From a virus (taxonomy: Duplodnaviria > Caudoviricetes): a stretch of DNA of 50,836 bases. This document shows positions 8,804 through 17,053 of the stretch, one piece after another (positions within the stretch are counted from its first letter, which is position 1; the number at the start of each line of letters is the position of its first letter). The notes beneath the pieces were generated by a model. The model was given only the letters and a program-made list of their open reading frames with translations. It was not told the origin of the DNA and did not search any database. Where the stretch lies: the IMG/VR virus record IMGVR_UViG_3300020016_000007, positions 1 to 50,836 of that record. One strand, given 5' to 3'. The translations under genes and the position numbers were made by a program.

Positions 8804-10310
8804 GATAGTCGAACAGCATATTCCCTGCCCCAGTTGCCCATCTTCTGATGCTTATTGCATCTATGAGGATGGGCACGGGTATTGTTTTTCTTGTTCCTTT
8901 TTTAAGCCTAAGGATAATCTAATTTTAGAAGATAAATTTACCTTTGAGTATTTACCCTACAGAGGCATTAACAAAGAAACATTTAGAAAATACAACGCCA
9001 TCACCAAGGTGGATGCGGATGGGAAGCCCGTTGCAATCTCATACCCACACCCGGACGGACAGAGTGCTAAGGTAAGAACATTACCGAAGGACTTTAAGTA
9101 CGTAGGCGATGTATCTAAAGTCGGTTGTTTTGGTACTAATGTGTTTGCGCCCGGCAGTCACAAATACCTAACCATCACAGAGGGGTACGAAGATGCTCTA
9201 TCACTTTATCAGGTTCTTGGTAGTCCTGTTATTTCTGTTAAATCAAGTGGCTCTGCTCTTCTTGATTGCACCAAGGATCGGAATTACATTAACTCCTTCG
9301 AGCGCATATACTTGGCTTTCGACGGAGACGGGCCGGGCAGAGAAGCGACTGCGGCCGTGGCTAAGTTGTTTGACTACAACAAACTCTACGTCGTCCGATA
9401 CCCCGGAGGAACAAGAAAGGATGCGAACGACTATCTCCAAGCCGGAGAACAATCCGAACTAAGAAATCTGTGGTGGAATAGCAAGAAGTTCCTCCCGGAT
9501 AACATCTCATCGTCGTTTGATGATTTCGAGAAGGAACTATTGACACCACCTAAGTACGGTGTGTCATGGCCATTCCCCACACTGACGTACATGACCTACG
9601 GGTTACGTACGAAGGAAGTCGTCCTCATTACCGCACAGGAAGGTGTCGGTAAGACTGAGGTGATGCACACTCTCGAACATCATTTATTGAAGGAGACAGA
9701 CGATGCCATCGGTGCGATCTATCTTGAAGAGTCAAAGCAGCGGCACTTACAATCAATTGCGGGGATTGAGCTACAAGCTCCAGTACACCTGCCGGACAGC
9801 GGCTATTCGACTGGCGAGGTATTCAGTGCTCTCAAGTCGGTGGTGCGCACCGATGATCGGCTGCACATCTATAGTCATTTTGGTTCTGATGATCCAGAAA
9901 CTCTTCTCGATACTATTCGATTTCTCGTTACTGCACGTGGCTGCCGGTGGATTTTGTTTGACCTTATTTCTCTGGCCGTGGCTGGTCTTGGCGGAGATAG
10001 AGAGAGAGAAGCCCTCGAATACCTCTCCGCCCGCCTCGAAATAATGACACAGGAGTTAGACTTTGGGTTGATAATGGTGAGTCATGTCAACGACTTCGGT
10101 CAGACACGTGGCTCACGAATGATCAGCAAGAATTGCCACATCCGGATTGATCTAACTCGTGATGTCACCAACCCTGATGACAGAGTTCGATTAATGACAG
10201 TTGTATCCATAAGTAAGAACCGTCCTGCACGTCGTACAGGTCCGGCAGGCCAGCTTCTATTCAACGATATAGCCTGTACTCTGAAAGAGGACACAGATGT
10301 CATGGCTTGA
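8796..10310 (+). CDS. T7 gp4-like DNA primase-helicase
   Basis: N-terminal Zn ribbon CPSC...CFSC, TOPRIM EG.ED and DGD, SF4 Walker A AQEGVGKT, VSH and KNR motifs. Confidence 0.95.
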   Translation: MSKIVEQHIPCPSCPSSDAYCIYEDGHGYCFSCSFFKPKDNLILEDKFTFEYLPYRGINKETFRKYNAITKVDADGKPVAISYPHPDGQSAKVRTLPKDFKYVGDVSKVGCFGTNVFAPGSHKYLTITEGYEDALSLYQVLGSPVISVKSSGSALLDCTKDRNYINSFERIYLAFDGDGPGREATAAVAKLFDYNKLYVVRYPGGTRKDANDYLQAGEQSELRNLWWNSKKFLPDNISSSFDDFEKELLTPPKYGVSWPFPTLTYMTYGLRTKEVVLITAQEGVGKTEVMHTLEHHLLKETDDAIGAIYLEESKQRHLQSIAGIELQAPVHLPDSGYSTGEVFSALKSVVRTDDRLHIYSHFGSDDPETLLDTIRFLVTARGCRWILFDLISLAVAGLGGDREREALEYLSARLEIMTQELDFGLIMVSHVNDFGQTRGSRMISKNCHIRIDLTRDVTNPDDRVRLMTVVSISKNRPARRTGPAGQLLFNDIACTLKEDTDVMA

Positions 10311-10467
10311 CGGAATAAGCAGTACTGAGCGTCGTGAAATGATGGAAGAAATCTGTAAAGCATTTCATGACATGCTTATCACAGAAGTTGAACTTCGCCA
10401 ACAACTGGGGAAGTTAGGGTATAACGCTACCGAGATCGAAGAGAAGATTGAAGAGAATAGGCCATAG
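10297..10467 (+). CDS. Hypothetical small protein (56 aa)
   Basis: GAGG RBS; read manually (MSWLDGISSTERRE...). Confidence 0.55.
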   Translation: MSWLDGISSTERREMMEEICKAFHDMLITEVELRQQLGKLGYNATEIEEKIEENRP

Positions 10468-10555
10468 GAGTTGGGGATGGTTATCAGTGGCAAAGGAAGC
10501 ACCTACGACTACTACGAAGCACTACAACTAATTAAAAATAAGATGGGATCAACCC

Positions 10556-10747
10556 ATGAAAAACCGATCTCCGTTCACGAAGGAGATTGTGTTGATGGCG
10601 TTAATGGGACAATCAGCGGGACAAATAATCCAGAAATTGAAAACAGTCCCCCCAACGACGATCTACGACATAATCCGTAAATATACGAAAGAAGTTCGTA
10701 TCCTCATTAGGGAACTCCCTGAGGATCAGGAAGAGTTAGACCTCTAG
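10556..10747 (+). CDS. Hypothetical small protein, possibly HTH
   Basis: SAGQIIQKLKTVPPTTIYDII is helix-turn-helix-like. Confidence 0.45.
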   Translation: MKNRSPFTKEIVLMALMGQSAGQIIQKLKTVPPTTIYDIIRKYTKEVRILIRELPEDQEELDL

Positions 10748-10755
10748 GAGGTAGT

Positions 10756-11145
10756 ATGACAATCATGGAAGAACCAGTTCGGGAAGAACTGAGAGAAACT
10801 CAGTATCCTAAACTCCGGGTTCTTACCGGAGGTAAGGGTCCACCAGAACCTCCACCAGTAAATAACTGGTTAGCCGAATTAGCTGTAGGTACGACATTCG
10901 TAGCACGTGAACGTACCATGAAACAACAGCTTGACTACAATCTCTATCATGTGCTATTTAAAGACCTCCCGAAGGTGATGCTCCTAACATGGAAGCTCCC
11001 TGATGGAAAGTTATTAGATTGTTACGTAGACCCACAGAGGTTTAGTAACAGAATGGAACTAGGAGTTGTCCTAGGGATAGAAACAGAGGCGGAACAACCG
11101 CCCAAGGAAGTATCATATGACCCAGACGGTGATCGGTCCGATTGA
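10756..11145 (+). CDS. Hypothetical protein
   Basis: AGGAGG RBS. Confidence 0.75.
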   Translation: MTIMEEPVREELRETQYPKLRVLTGGKGPPEPPPVNNWLAELAVGTTFVARERTMKQQLDYNLYHVLFKDLPKVMLLTWKLPDGKLLDCYVDPQRFSNRMELGVVLGIETEAEQPPKEVSYDPDGDRSD

Positions 11146-11296
11146 CCATGCGACGTGGTATACTATGCGTCAGTTGAAAGATAATATTAGGTTCATGGAG
11201 CAGAACGCTAAAGAATATAGCGTCAGTCTCAAAGGTGAACAAGATTTACTTAGGCACTTTATGAGTAGTGTCGTCAAACGAAAGGAAGCCGCGTGA
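11117..11296 (+). CDS. Hypothetical small protein (59 aa)
   Basis: AAGGA RBS; read manually (MTQTVIGPID...). Confidence 0.45.
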   Translation: MTQTVIGPIDHATWYTMRQLKDNIRFMEQNAKEYSVSLKGEQDLLRHFMSSVVKRKEAA

Positions 11297-11460
11297 ACAA
11301 CTATAACGATAGAGGCACTCTGCTGGACAGAGCAGCTAAAGCTGTGGCGAATATTACCGTCATTGGCGTCTGCTGCACTGTGTTGGCAGCAGTGGTTTAT
11401 CTGGCAAGCCAGCACATCAACTGCGTTGACTTCTTTCAGAAGTTCTGTGTAATCCACTGA
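11293..11460 (+). CDS. Small putative membrane protein
   Basis: GTGA-coupled start; one hydrophobic stretch. Confidence 0.4.
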   Translation: MNNYNDRGTLLDRAAKAVANITVIGVCCTVLAAVVYLASQHINCVDFFQKFCVIH

Positions 11461-11467
11461 TAATTAA

Positions 11468-11489
11468 GCCCGCCTTCGGGCGGGTGTTT
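11468..11489 (+). terminator. UUCG hairpin upstream of polA (terminator or stabiliser)
   Basis: gcccgcc-TTCG-ggcgggt followed by gttt. Confidence 0.5.
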
Positions 11490-13455
11490 GGTAATTTTGA
11501 GAATAGTAATAGACATCGAATGTAATGCTCTCAACAACCCTGACAGGTGTTGGGTGATCGTGTGTAAGGACATAGACACAGGGAGTTACCATGTCTTCAG
11601 GCATCTTACAGAGGACCCACAAGAGGCTCGTGACTTCAGAGAATTCTGTAGTAAGGTTGACTTATTCGTGGGCCATAATTGGCTTGGTTACGACTGGCCT
11701 GTGCTTGTATTACTGGGTCTTCTTGAACCTCGTGATATTGTACCTCACTCGCTCGATACCCTCATAATATCCAAACTAGTCGATTATTCTCGGAATGGAC
11801 ACTCCATCGAGGACTACGGTCGAGAGTTTGGGTTAGAGAAAGGTAAATTCACCGACTTTTCTAAATACTCCCAACAGATGGAAGATTATTGTGTCAGAGA
11901 TGTGGACATATGTGAACGGATATACCGTAAGTTTAACCGTTATATATCTGATGTTAGTCACAGTGCTTCAATACTATTGGAACAGAGGTTCCAATTGGTG
12001 GTTAATGATCTTTCTAGAAACGGTTTTGCTTTTAATCGTAGCAAAGCTGATGGCCTACTCAGTAGGGTAGAGAAAGAATTAGCTATACTTGATAAAGATA
12101 TTCTTGAAGCATTTCCTCCTAAATTGAAGTTGATTAGGGAAATTCATCCTAAGGAGACTAAGTATGGAACCCTTAGCCGAACAGATTTTCGATGGCTTCA
12201 AGACAACGATCTTTCGGAGTATAATGGTGGGCCTTTCTGTCGGTGCAGTTGGACTGACTTTAATCCTAGTAGTCATAAGCAGATCGTTTCTGTACTGAAT
12301 GACGCAGGGTGGAAACCGACGGACCGGACACAGACCCACATAGATACCCAAAGAAGGTGGGATCGGCTAAAGTATGCTAAAGGGAATAGAATAGCACTTG
12401 ACACCGAGAAAAAAGAAGTCTATACTAAGCTCCAAGAATTAAGTAAGACTGGCTGGAAAGTCAACGAAGTTAACTTAGAGACTTTACCCCCCAAAGCCCC
12501 TCCTCCCGCCCGTTCGCTGGCGAAGCGCATCCTGCTTGAGGCTAGACGCCGTACCCTTGTGGAATGGCTAGCCCTCGTGTCCCCTACCGATGGCCGTATA
12601 CACGGTAAGTTTTATGGTATTGGTGCGTGGACACACAGGATGGCGCATCAAAATCCCAATACTGCCAACATCCCCAACGAGTATGACACTGCGGGTAAGA
12701 AGAAGCTGCTCGGCAAAGAACTCCGCTCTCTTTGGTGTGCACCTCGCAATCGTCTGCTCGTTGGGGTTGACGCAGAAGGAATTCAGTTACGTATCTTCGC
12801 TCATCTGATTAACGATCAGGAGTTTACAGATGCCCTTGTCAATGGCCGCAAAGAAGACAAGACCGATCCGCATTCACTTAACCAGTCAATTATTGGCAGT
12901 GCATGTAAATCCCGAGCAGCTGCTAAGCGATTCATTTACGCACTTCTCCTTGGTGCGGGAATGCCGAAGCTGGCTGAAATTCTTGGGTGTTCAATATCCG
13001 ACGCAGAGAAAGCTCTTGGTAATTTGCTGGATAGATACTCCGGTTGGACGTACCTTAAGGAACAGGTTTTTCCGAAGGATGCAAAGCGGGGATGGTTTAC
13101 AGGGTTGGACGGCCGTAAGGTATCCATACCCGGAGACACAGTAAGCAATCGTAAACATCTAGCGATGTCAGGCTACCTACAGAATGGCGAAGCCGTCTGT
13201 ATGAAATTAGCTACTCTTAAGTGGTATGATAAGTTAAAGAATTACGATGCAAAGTTGGTCAACTTAGTTCACGATGAATGGCAGGTTGAAGTCCCCAACA
13301 ACATGGAGATAGCGCTTAAAGTCGCTGCAACAATGTCAGACAGCCTTCGTGAAGTTGGGGATGACTTGAAGCTCAATTGTCCGTTAGCGGGGAGCTATTA
13401 CAATGATGACGTCAAGGACTACACCATCGCAACGAATTGGGCTCACACACATTGA
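11488..13455 (+). CDS. Family A (T7 gp5-like) DNA polymerase with 3'-5' exonuclease (start may be 11497)
   Basis: ExoI DIE, ExoII GHN..YD, ExoIII YCVRD; motif A DAEGIQLR, motif B R...KRFIY, motif C VHDE. Confidence 0.97.
   Translation: MVILRIVIDIECNALNNPDRCWVIVCKDIDTGSYHVFRHLTEDPQEARDFREFCSKVDLFVGHNWLGYDWPVLVLLGLLEPRDIVPHSLDTLIISKLVDYSRNGHSIEDYGREFGLEKGKFTDFSKYSQQMEDYCVRDVDICERIYRKFNRYISDVSHSASILLEQRFQLVVNDLSRNGFAFNRSKADGLLSRVEKELAILDKDILEAFPPKLKLIREIHPKETKYGTLSRTDFRWLQDNDLSEYNGGPFCRCSWTDFNPSSHKQIVSVLNDAGWKPTDRTQTHIDTQRRWDRLKYAKGNRIALDTEKKEVYTKLQELSKTGWKVNEVNLETLPPKAPPPARSLAKRILLEARRRTLVEWLALVSPTDGRIHGKFYGIGAWTHRMAHQNPNTANIPNEYDTAGKKKLLGKELRSLWCAPRNRLLVGVDAEGIQLRIFAHLINDQEFTDALVNGRKEDKTDPHSLNQSIIGSACKSRAAAKRFIYALLLGAGMPKLAEILGCSISDAEKALGNLLDRYSGWTYLKEQVFPKDAKRGWFTGLDGRKVSIPGDTVSNRKHLAMSGYLQNGEAVCMKLATLKWYDKLKNYDAKLVNLVHDEWQVEVPNNMEIALKVAATMSDSLREVGDDLKLNCPLAGSYYNDDVKDYTIATNWAHTH
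12398..12426 (+). promoter_or_regulatory. Near-consensus sigma70 promoter inside polA
   Basis: TTGACA-17-TATACT, same hexamers as the late promoter at 49433-49461. Confidence 0.6.
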
Positions 13456-13493
13456 TTGTGAACCCGTATGGGAGGAGGATGAAATAATTTTAT

Positions 13494-13523
13494 TTGACAT
13501 GTACACCAAAGATGGTGTATGGT
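13494..13523 (+). promoter_or_regulatory. Possible sigma70 promoter upstream of the SSB / DIP1984-like / ncRNA block
   Basis: TTGACA-18-TATGGT with AT-rich upstream sequence. Confidence 0.4.
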
Positions 13524-13559
13524 TAGGAAGTAAGCGTTTATTGAGATATTGTGAGGATT

Positions 13560-13721
13560 ATGATGACGAGTTACGCAGTTAATTGTGCATTTAACGAAAC
13601 CATTTTTATTGATGCTTCCGATAAGGAAGAGGCTGAAGATTTGGCCAAAGAAAACTTTGAGGTTGAGTACGGTTTAGCACCGGGTCAATGCTCCATTGAA
13701 AGTATAGAGGAAATTAAGTAA
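13560..13721 (+). CDS. Small acidic hypothetical protein
   Basis: GAGG RBS; read manually (MMTSYAVNCAF...). Confidence 0.5.
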   Translation: MMTSYAVNCAFNETIFIDASDKEEAEDLAKENFEVEYGLAPGQCSIESIEEIK

Positions 13722-14210
13722 TTGGCTTCAGAATTTATTGACGTTCAAGGCAAGGTGTCTTGGCTCCACGCGGTTAATTTCAACCGCTTCGACAAATGGA
13801 GCGTAACCCTACATCCCGATACCCGTAGCCTTGAGGTCATTAGAGACTTACAGGCTCAAGGTATTAAGAACCAAATGAAGAAGGACGACGATGGATATTA
13901 CATCCAGTTCAGTCGTGAACCTACCAAGCTTATGCGTGGTAAAGTCGTTGCCTTCCCTGCTCCAAAGGTAGTTGACAAAGAAGGAAAACCCATTGATGGG
14001 TCAGGGGTTGGAAACGGCAGTGATGCCACAGTCCGATTGGAAGTCTACCAACACGGAACTCCTAACGGAGGGAAGGCTAAAGCTGCACGCTTCGATTCGA
14101 TCAGGATCGACGCTCTCGTACCTTTCGATCGGTCGAGGGACTTCAAGACTGATGAAGAAAAAGAAGCTAATAAATCATTAACTGAAGCTCCTGAACCATT
14201 GTTTAATTAA
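13722..14210 (+). CDS. Single-stranded DNA-binding protein (T7 gp2.5-like)
   Basis: KWSVTL, PKVVD..GKP...VGNGS.A.V.LEVY OB-fold pattern, acidic tail with terminal Phe; follows polA. Confidence 0.75.
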   Translation: MASEFIDVQGKVSWLHAVNFNRFDKWSVTLHPDTRSLEVIRDLQAQGIKNQMKKDDDGYYIQFSREPTKLMRGKVVAFPAPKVVDKEGKPIDGSGVGNGSDATVRLEVYQHGTPNGGKAKAARFDSIRIDALVPFDRSRDFKTDEEKEANKSLTEAPEPLFN

Positions 14211-14221
14211 GGTATTTAAAG

Positions 14222-14755
14222 ATGACTATTACAGAAGCATTAGCTGAAATTAAGACTTTAGTGAAGCGTATCCAGAGCAAGAGGGAATTCATTGAGACCT
14301 ACCAGTTTCGCATTGATAGTCTCAAGGACCCTCTTGATAAGGACGGCGGCTCTGCGAAGGCTGTCTCCGAAGCTCAGCAGGCCGTCTCCGATCTGGAAAA
14401 GCGTATCGTTCTGCTCCGCAGCAAGATTGCTGAAGCCAACTCCAGCAACACCATTACTTTGGAAGGCACTGAGCTTTCTATCGAGAATTGGTTAATCTGG
14501 CGTCGGGAGATTGCCCCTGGTCAGGAGCGTTTCCTGAATGCGTTGGCGACTAGGCTAAACAATGCTCGTTCACAAATCCTTGGTCAGAAGGTGTCTTGGG
14601 GTGGTACTAAAACCTCAGAGGACAAACAAGTTGACCTTGTTGTCAATCTTGACGAGGCCAAGCTAAACTCCGACAAGGAAAAGATCAAGAATATCCTAGG
14701 CCAACTGGATGGGCAACTGTCCCTGAAAAACGCCACTATTCAGTTGGCTGCTTAG
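14222..14755 (+). CDS. DIP1984/DUF6847-like helical protein
   Basis: MT.TEAL...K...KRI start, I..AN....I core and LD.QLS.KNA...L end recall this family; recognised from memory only. Confidence 0.55.
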   Translation: MTITEALAEIKTLVKRIQSKREFIETYQFRIDSLKDPLDKDGGSAKAVSEAQQAVSDLEKRIVLLRSKIAEANSSNTITLEGTELSIENWLIWRREIAPGQERFLNALATRLNNARSQILGQKVSWGGTKTSEDKQVDLVVNLDEAKLNSDKEKIKNILGQLDGQLSLKNATIQLAA

Positions 14756-14760
14756 TATCT

Positions 14761-14863
14761 CTGGGGTGAGCCATTGAGACAGCTCCGCGTATGTGGTGTG
14801 GATCAAGATGTGGTAGACAAGAGAACGCGGGTCAGCCGCTGCGTCCCCGAAAACGCGGCTCCA
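14761..14863 (+). ncRNA. Structured RNA element ending in CCA
   Basis: Stems ccgcgt/acgcgg (14785-14830) and agccgc/gcggct; ends ctCCA then atttt. Confidence 0.3.
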
Positions 14864-14868
14864 ATTTT

Positions 14869-15138
14869 ATACTTTCGATAGCGAAGTGAGAAAACAATAA
14901 GCAAGTGGCCCGCTTAGGGCAATGATTCGAAATCATGCTTATGGTAGCAAACCGCAGGCTTACCATGCTCCTTCAAAGATCAACGCTCAGACTTTAAAGT
15001 TCATTAACTTCAAAGGTTAAAGCGTAAAGATCAAAGCTATTTAAAAACCCCTTACATAGTCTGGGTGTGTCAGAAATGATACACAACTGCCCGCTTATAG
15101 GCAGTATCTCAGGACGAAGGGCTGCTATATGGAAGTAT
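14869..15138 (+). ncRNA. ~270-nt multi-branched RNA with a central 7-nt-periodic NNYAAAG tract
   Basis: Closing stem 14869-14882/15124-15138 with G-U pairs; internal hairpins ataagc/gcttat, gccc/gggc, atggta/taccat, actgcc/ggcagt; heptamers at 14972-15036. Confidence 0.65.
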
Positions 15139-15150
15139 TTTAATTTGTTA

Positions 15151-15218
15151 ATTTGGGTTAAGCTTGCTGGACGGCATTTTTACCTCCTTTCCTATGCTTG
15201 CCAGCCAGAAACCCAAAT
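15151..15218 (+). ncRNA. Hairpin sRNA displaying an anti-Shine-Dalgarno loop
   Basis: atttgggtt/aacccaaat and gctgg/ccagc stems; loop tttttACCTCCTTtcc. Confidence 0.55.
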
Positions 15219-15220
15219 CT

Positions 15221-15295
15221 GCCGAGGACTCCCTGTAATACGCAAAGCGTTATATCGGGGGATAAACTGAAGTGATAATATCCTCCTCGGTTCCA
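15221..15295 (+). ncRNA. tRNA-sized element with acceptor-like stem and 3' CCA but no canonical D/T arms
   Basis: gccgagg/cctcggt + T + CCA; 75 nt; internal long hairpin. Confidence 0.4.
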
Positions 15296-15300
15296 TTTTC

Positions 15301-17053
15301 TGTCAGTGGTGTAGAAAGCGTAGAAAGACCTGACAACACAGGAAGACTTATGGGCTCCGCTCGGCATGGACCGGGTATAGTTGTACTGTTCTGGTGCGTG
15401 CACAGCACACCAATCCTAGTAGGACGTCTTAGGACGCTACTACCGAGACAACGTGAGCCGGTAGTTTGACCGAACGGATGGAGGCGCGGATTTACGACCC
15501 GTGTGACAGAAGAACTGTCCCTCGTAGTCCAAATACTTGAGGGATACCCCAGTATGTAGGTGTGATAATATCAGGTACATGCTGCAGCAGGCATAGGTTA
15601 GGCCCGGCCCCCATCAGTGACGTGGGTCTTGTCACAAACCAAGGTGTATATCGCTTCCCCTCCTGTGATGCAGGTTAAACATCAGCAATAGTCCTCTAGG
15701 GACACCACCCATCTTCTAGGAGTAGATGGAATGGGTACGTGCAACACGTACGTTAAAACGGTGAGGTGAGCAAAGGCGGAGGCCAACACCAACCAAGACG
15801 TATGCTCTGGTAGACAGCACTAAGTAGTCCTCGTAGACACTTCTTACCACATCGGTGGAATAGAAGGCCAGTAATGGCAGTGGTGCATTTAGTAGAGGTA
15901 GGAACGTCAGTGAGACGAGTCCACTGTGAATGGTGCACCGGCATTTAGAATGCCCTTAGGCGTTGAAACAGTGAGGACAAAAGTCCACTATCTTGAAGTA
16001 GTGGTACGGCTCGCAAAGCCCCCATGTGAATAGGATAGTGGCACCTATAGAAGCGACCACCCCTTTGTCGGGTATAGCCCGTCCTGAAGGAAGTTAGCTT
16101 CGATGTTATCTGCACAGGTGAATTCGTGATGAAAGGTCCGTCTTACCTAGGTTGAATAAGAGCAGTCATGACGTAGCTCTGGGGCTCCCAACCGACGATG
16201 GATGTAGAGACGATTGCCGCCGTCCCGTGCATGGTTAAAGAGAGTAGAACCTCTCAACGGTAGTAAAGTGGGTTCAAATCCACCATCATAGATGAAGCTC
16301 AGATAATGGAAACAACAGTACCGCTAAGGTACTAAACGCACTCAAACCCATTAAGCGCAAGATCGGCCCTGAACCGATCCTAGGCACTGGCTATGAACCA
16401 TCAGTCCCATGTATACGCATGACCCCGAGGGGGTCCTAGACTACGCTCTGCGTTGACGAAGCTCTGGGCCAAGGCTGAAAAGGACTAGCAGGTTGGTCGC
16501 GAACACTCCGTAACCGATCCCTCCGTGGCGGTGGTGAACCGCAGTCCTACGACGCAGAACGGAGAAACCAATACGGAAAGGACAGACCGTCCGGATGTCT
16601 AACATCTGGTCACTCTGTTAACGCCATCCGGCTGTTTACCGGATTGGCCAACTACTCTCAGCATCGAGAGGGAATACGAACGACGACTACAAGTAGTTAG
16701 AGCAGGAACAAAACTGGCTCACACGAAGGTGTAGGAGTGATCAGCATCTCAGTCTCTGTATATGTACACTATCTTACACAGTGGAAACCGCCTCAAGATG
16801 TGCTCTGAGCGAATACAGCCGGGACCTGATCCGTACGAACGTAGATTGTGAGAAGGGTAATCAATCCCCTCACGACGTCCTGAACCTCAACACTCCTCAA
16901 ATTCCAGCAGATTACTGGATACAGGTGGAGTATTTACGAACGGAGATCGTAACCATGAGATTCACCAACGATGCAGCCCCCAGAAGATTCACGAGGGGCT
17001 CCTACATCAGGAGTTCCTTAATAAGCCATCGGCAACTTGGACAACCTCCTTAA
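15301..17053 (+). ncRNA. Giant structured noncoding RNA (~1.75 kb; boundaries approximate)
   Basis: No credible CDS; >25 hairpins, e.g. 15417-15442, 15735-15751, 15985-16004, 16317-16333, 16361-16379, 16447-16455/16550-16558, 16591-16609, 16623-16648, 16975-17000; G-U pairs favour the + strand. Confidence 0.65.

Noticed and set aside
14972-15036. CRISPR or TIGR-type array
   Set aside because: Units are 7 nt with no spacers; no cas operon or Nop-domain gene. The Cas4-like nuclease is a routine phage exonuclease.
16268-16284. tRNA gene suggested by GGTTCAAATCC
   Set aside because: Only a T-loop-like hairpin; no acceptor, D or anticodon arms at the proper spacing.
15973-16721. RNase P RNA suggested by GAGGAcaaAAGTCC and ACAAAACTGGCT
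   Set aside because: Motifs are imperfect, about 735 nt apart (too long) and other conserved regions were not found. This also shows how easily short motif resemblances arise here.
16763-16769. TGTACAC as the 16S 1391-1397 motif
   Set aside because: Out of order relative to the GAATAC..CCGGG block and not followed by ACCGCCCG, so it was not counted.
15067-17053. Short ORFs listed in the RNA island (15067-15270, 15158-15403, 15272-15469, 15753-15944, 16781-17053)
   Set aside because: No convincing RBS, atypical composition, no operon-like tiling; better explained as chance ORFs in structured RNA.
15301-17053. Group I or group II intron
   Set aside because: No interrupted gene on either side, no intron-encoded ORF, and no recognisable domain V or P7 core at the expected positions.
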